Source: the human T2T-CHM13v2.0 reference genome, Homo sapiens. Taken from it: a DNA stretch of 64,000 nucleotides. Numbering within the stretch: the stretch's first letter is position 1; the number at the start of each line of letters is the position of its first letter. The position numbers were made by a program, and so were the translations under genes. The notes beneath the pieces were generated by a model that worked only from the letters and a program-made list of their open reading frames with translations, made no database searches and was not told the DNA's origin. Below, piece by piece: positions 60,960-64,000 of this stretch. The stretch lies in NCBI RefSeq assembly GCF_009914755.1, contig NC_060941.1; one strand, 5' to 3'.

Positions 60960-61253
60960 TTTTTCTTTTTTAAGATGGAGTCTCACTCTGTCACCAGGCT
61001 GGAGTGCAGTGGCGCCCTCTTGGCTCACTGCAACCTCCGCCTCCCTCCCTGGCTCAAGCTATTCTCCTACCTCAGCTTCCTGAGTAGCTGGGATTACAGG
61101 CATGCACCACAACGCCCAACTAATTTTGTATTTTTAGTAGAGGCGGGGTTCCACCATATTGGCCAGGATGGTCTCGATCTCCTGATCTCATGATTTGCCC
61201 GCCTTGGCCTCCCAAAGTGCTGGGATTTCAGTCGTGAGCCACCGTGCCTGGCC
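60960..61253 (-). mobile_element. Alu (AluSc-like)
   Basis: Antisense Alu containing aggatggtctcgatctcctga. Confidence 0.9.
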
Positions 61254-61691
61254 TATATCTTATTTTTATGCAGCAAAATATGTCGAACTAAGATAGTACA
61301 CTATTTAGAGCCATTAAAAGCCATTGCATAGAGGACTGTGTTTTTGAATCAGTCAGGTTCACCTGGATCAGGTAGGTGCACCTAGATCAGTGTGTGTCAG
61401 ATGAATAGGAGAAGAGATCTGGGCAGGCACATCAGTGAGGAGGTCTCTGCAATAGCAGAAGACATGGGTACTAAGATTGAAACAGAAGAAATTCAGAGTA
61501 GAAAGATGATGAGCTTTGGAGAGAGAGTAGATGGATACCCAGAGTGAGGAAAAAGAGGAAGCTAAGAAGAGCCCCACATGAGGAAGGAGAAATATGATGT
61601 CCAAGAGGCAGAGTGAATTTTTGGAGGGAACAGAATGAGTTCACACATTCGAAACAACTTTGTAAGGTGAGTGGGATAGGAACATTCATTC

Positions 61692-62077
<386 letters not shown>

Positions 62078-64000
62078 TAAGTGTGTGTCCATGGTCACAG
62101 GGCATGTGGCAGAAGTGACTCTCAAACTCCAATTTTCGGATGTTAAAACATTTTCTCTTTTCTTGATACACATACACTTGAATATGTTCATGCCTGAAGA
62201 GGATGGCAGAAGGAAGATTAAAGAAAAAGATGAGGAATAAGGAGTTACTCTGTTGATGAAGAAAGCACACACACTGTGTTCATGTTAGCAATTATTTCTG
62301 GGAGATCCATCAGGCAAATGAAATCTCCTAATCCAATTCAGGAAGGAATTTCCTGGACATGTGGATCCATAATCCTGTTTAACTCCTCCAAAAAGAGAGA
62401 CTAAAGTTAGAGATCAACTCCAGTAAAAAAGCAAACTTAGAGGTAACGATTGCAAACAGAGCCTGGGCATCCCCCCGCTGGGGTCCCGGGCTATCATCTA
62501 ATAAAAGCCATACAAGTCCATAAGCCACATGGAAATCGCTTTACCCAGAAGCTTCTGGAAGGTCCACGTGTTCATAACTAGGACACTGGTAACAGACCTA
62601 TTCCTCTTGGTTATCTTATGTGATAGTTGTTTGTGAAGCATCCCTTTCTAGAGAATTTAGATTCTGTCATTGTCTATTTTGCACTTGGGAATGTGGTAGT
62701 GGTGTGTTGTTTTTCTCTTCGGCTGGTGAGGAGAAGAGGTGGGAAACCCTGGGCTTGCCAATGTCCTATTTGTCTTTCTGTTTGTTGTTGCAACTGGCCT
62801 CATTAAATCAGGCGAGAGCTGCCAACGTATACAACTTTGGCTTTCCTAATTAAAGTTCTGCTGAAAAAAGCTGCCCCTCTCCTCTGACTCTCTCACAGGA
62901 ATGCACTCTCGTAACAGAGGCATCTGCCCCCTGGACTAACCTTTCTTAAAACCAGATAAACAAAGTAATACCAATAAAAATATCCATCTGTGCTTAAAGA
63001 TAAATAGAGCATTAATATACCAAACTGAGATCTGGATTCTTTTGGAACCAGCTTTAATGATATTAGACATCTGTTCTGGCTTGCTTTCCACTCATTTTCC
63101 ACTTGCAGATTCTTATAAGAAAACCATGTGACAGCAGTTTTTCTGTGGGAAGTGGGGGTGCCACCTGAACCCCTGCCCTTTCTCAGGTGATTGCCCCAGT
63201 AGAGGGTAGTAGATCCCAAAGGTGTAAGCCAGTGATGTCCCTTACCATGTGGCAGTCTGTTTGGGCCTCATTGTGGATTTTAAGCACTGTGATCTTTTTA
63301 CATGTTTATTTTTGAGATACCAGAACGCCAACTTATTCCTTTACAATGGTAAGTGGAATTGTCAAGTAGACCAGATGCACAAATGTTGGCACAATCGTGG
63401 CAGCCTTTCTCATCCTGGAGTTAAGTCGTATGAATATCCAAGAAATATCCAGGAGCTATTCATTTACCAGGAGAGAGCAGTTTCTCTGGCAGGAAAGGTG
63501 GGAGGTCCCCATGATGATTGTTTCTTTTAAAGAGAATTGGACTTGGATGACAAAAAAAACACCCTTTAAGTGTTTCTTTTACCATTTTTAACACTCAAGA
63601 ACAATTTCAGGCAAAGTACTATTGTGGGAAATCTTTCTCCACTTAAATGCAGACTTGTCGACCTGGATTTGTTAGATTTGGTGCTAACTCCAAAGTGACT
63701 ACGGGCAGATCAGTGGGGGTGGGGGCCACGTTGGAAATGTGCGGGGGCATTCAGAATTGTTCCGATGATGGGAGAGATGACACTGATTTTTGGTGCCCTA
63801 AGAACAACAATGCCAGAGGCACAGCAATTTGAGGGACAGTCTTAGTCGAATTGCCTGTTTGAAATGCTGATATAACAGGGTATTGAGAAGCACTGACTTT
63901 TTCAAATAATGGACACTTTTTTTGAAACAAAAATCTTACACAGGACACCAATATATAAAACTCATTGAAGGAGAGCTATTTTGCCTGACAGAGAGGAGGT

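Noticed and set aside
62200-64000. Possible start of another 17p12 low-copy repeat or pseudogene near CDRT15
   Set aside because: No recognisable coding or repeat signature in the sequence; a BLAT search would be needed.

Overview
Human (primate) genomic DNA from chromosome 17p12 containing the 3' part of COX10 (heme O synthase, UbiA prenyltransferase family) on the + strand: most of intron 5, exon 6 (25784-26016), intron 6, terminal exon 7 (coding 40605-41008, AATAAA at 42449) and about 21 kb of downstream DNA. Roughly 4.5-28.5 kb is inferred to be the distal CMT1A-REP, the ~24-kb low-copy repeat that mediates the CMT1A duplication and HNPP deletion. Inside it I can place the dead Hsmar2 mariner (22219-23528, all three catalytic Asp codons mutated), the ~1.8-kb crossover hotspot (about 19771-21542) with a perfect PRDM9 13-mer at 20205, a retroposed SNORA74/U19-family H/ACA snoRNA copy (10931-11110), and a latent antisense exon overlapping COX10 exon 6. 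The rest is mostly interspersed repeats (Tigger1, THE1/MST, Alu, L1, L2, MIR, MER), plus a GC-rich CTCF-like element near 45.7 kb and a second, older mariner remnant near 51.3 kb. Almost all other ORFs in the track are spurious. This is a well-studied locus and I found no wholly new system. The best follow-up candidates are the snoRNA retrocopy, the two-strand exon and the triple-inactivated transposase. Repeat subfamily calls and literature links come from memory, not from database searches.
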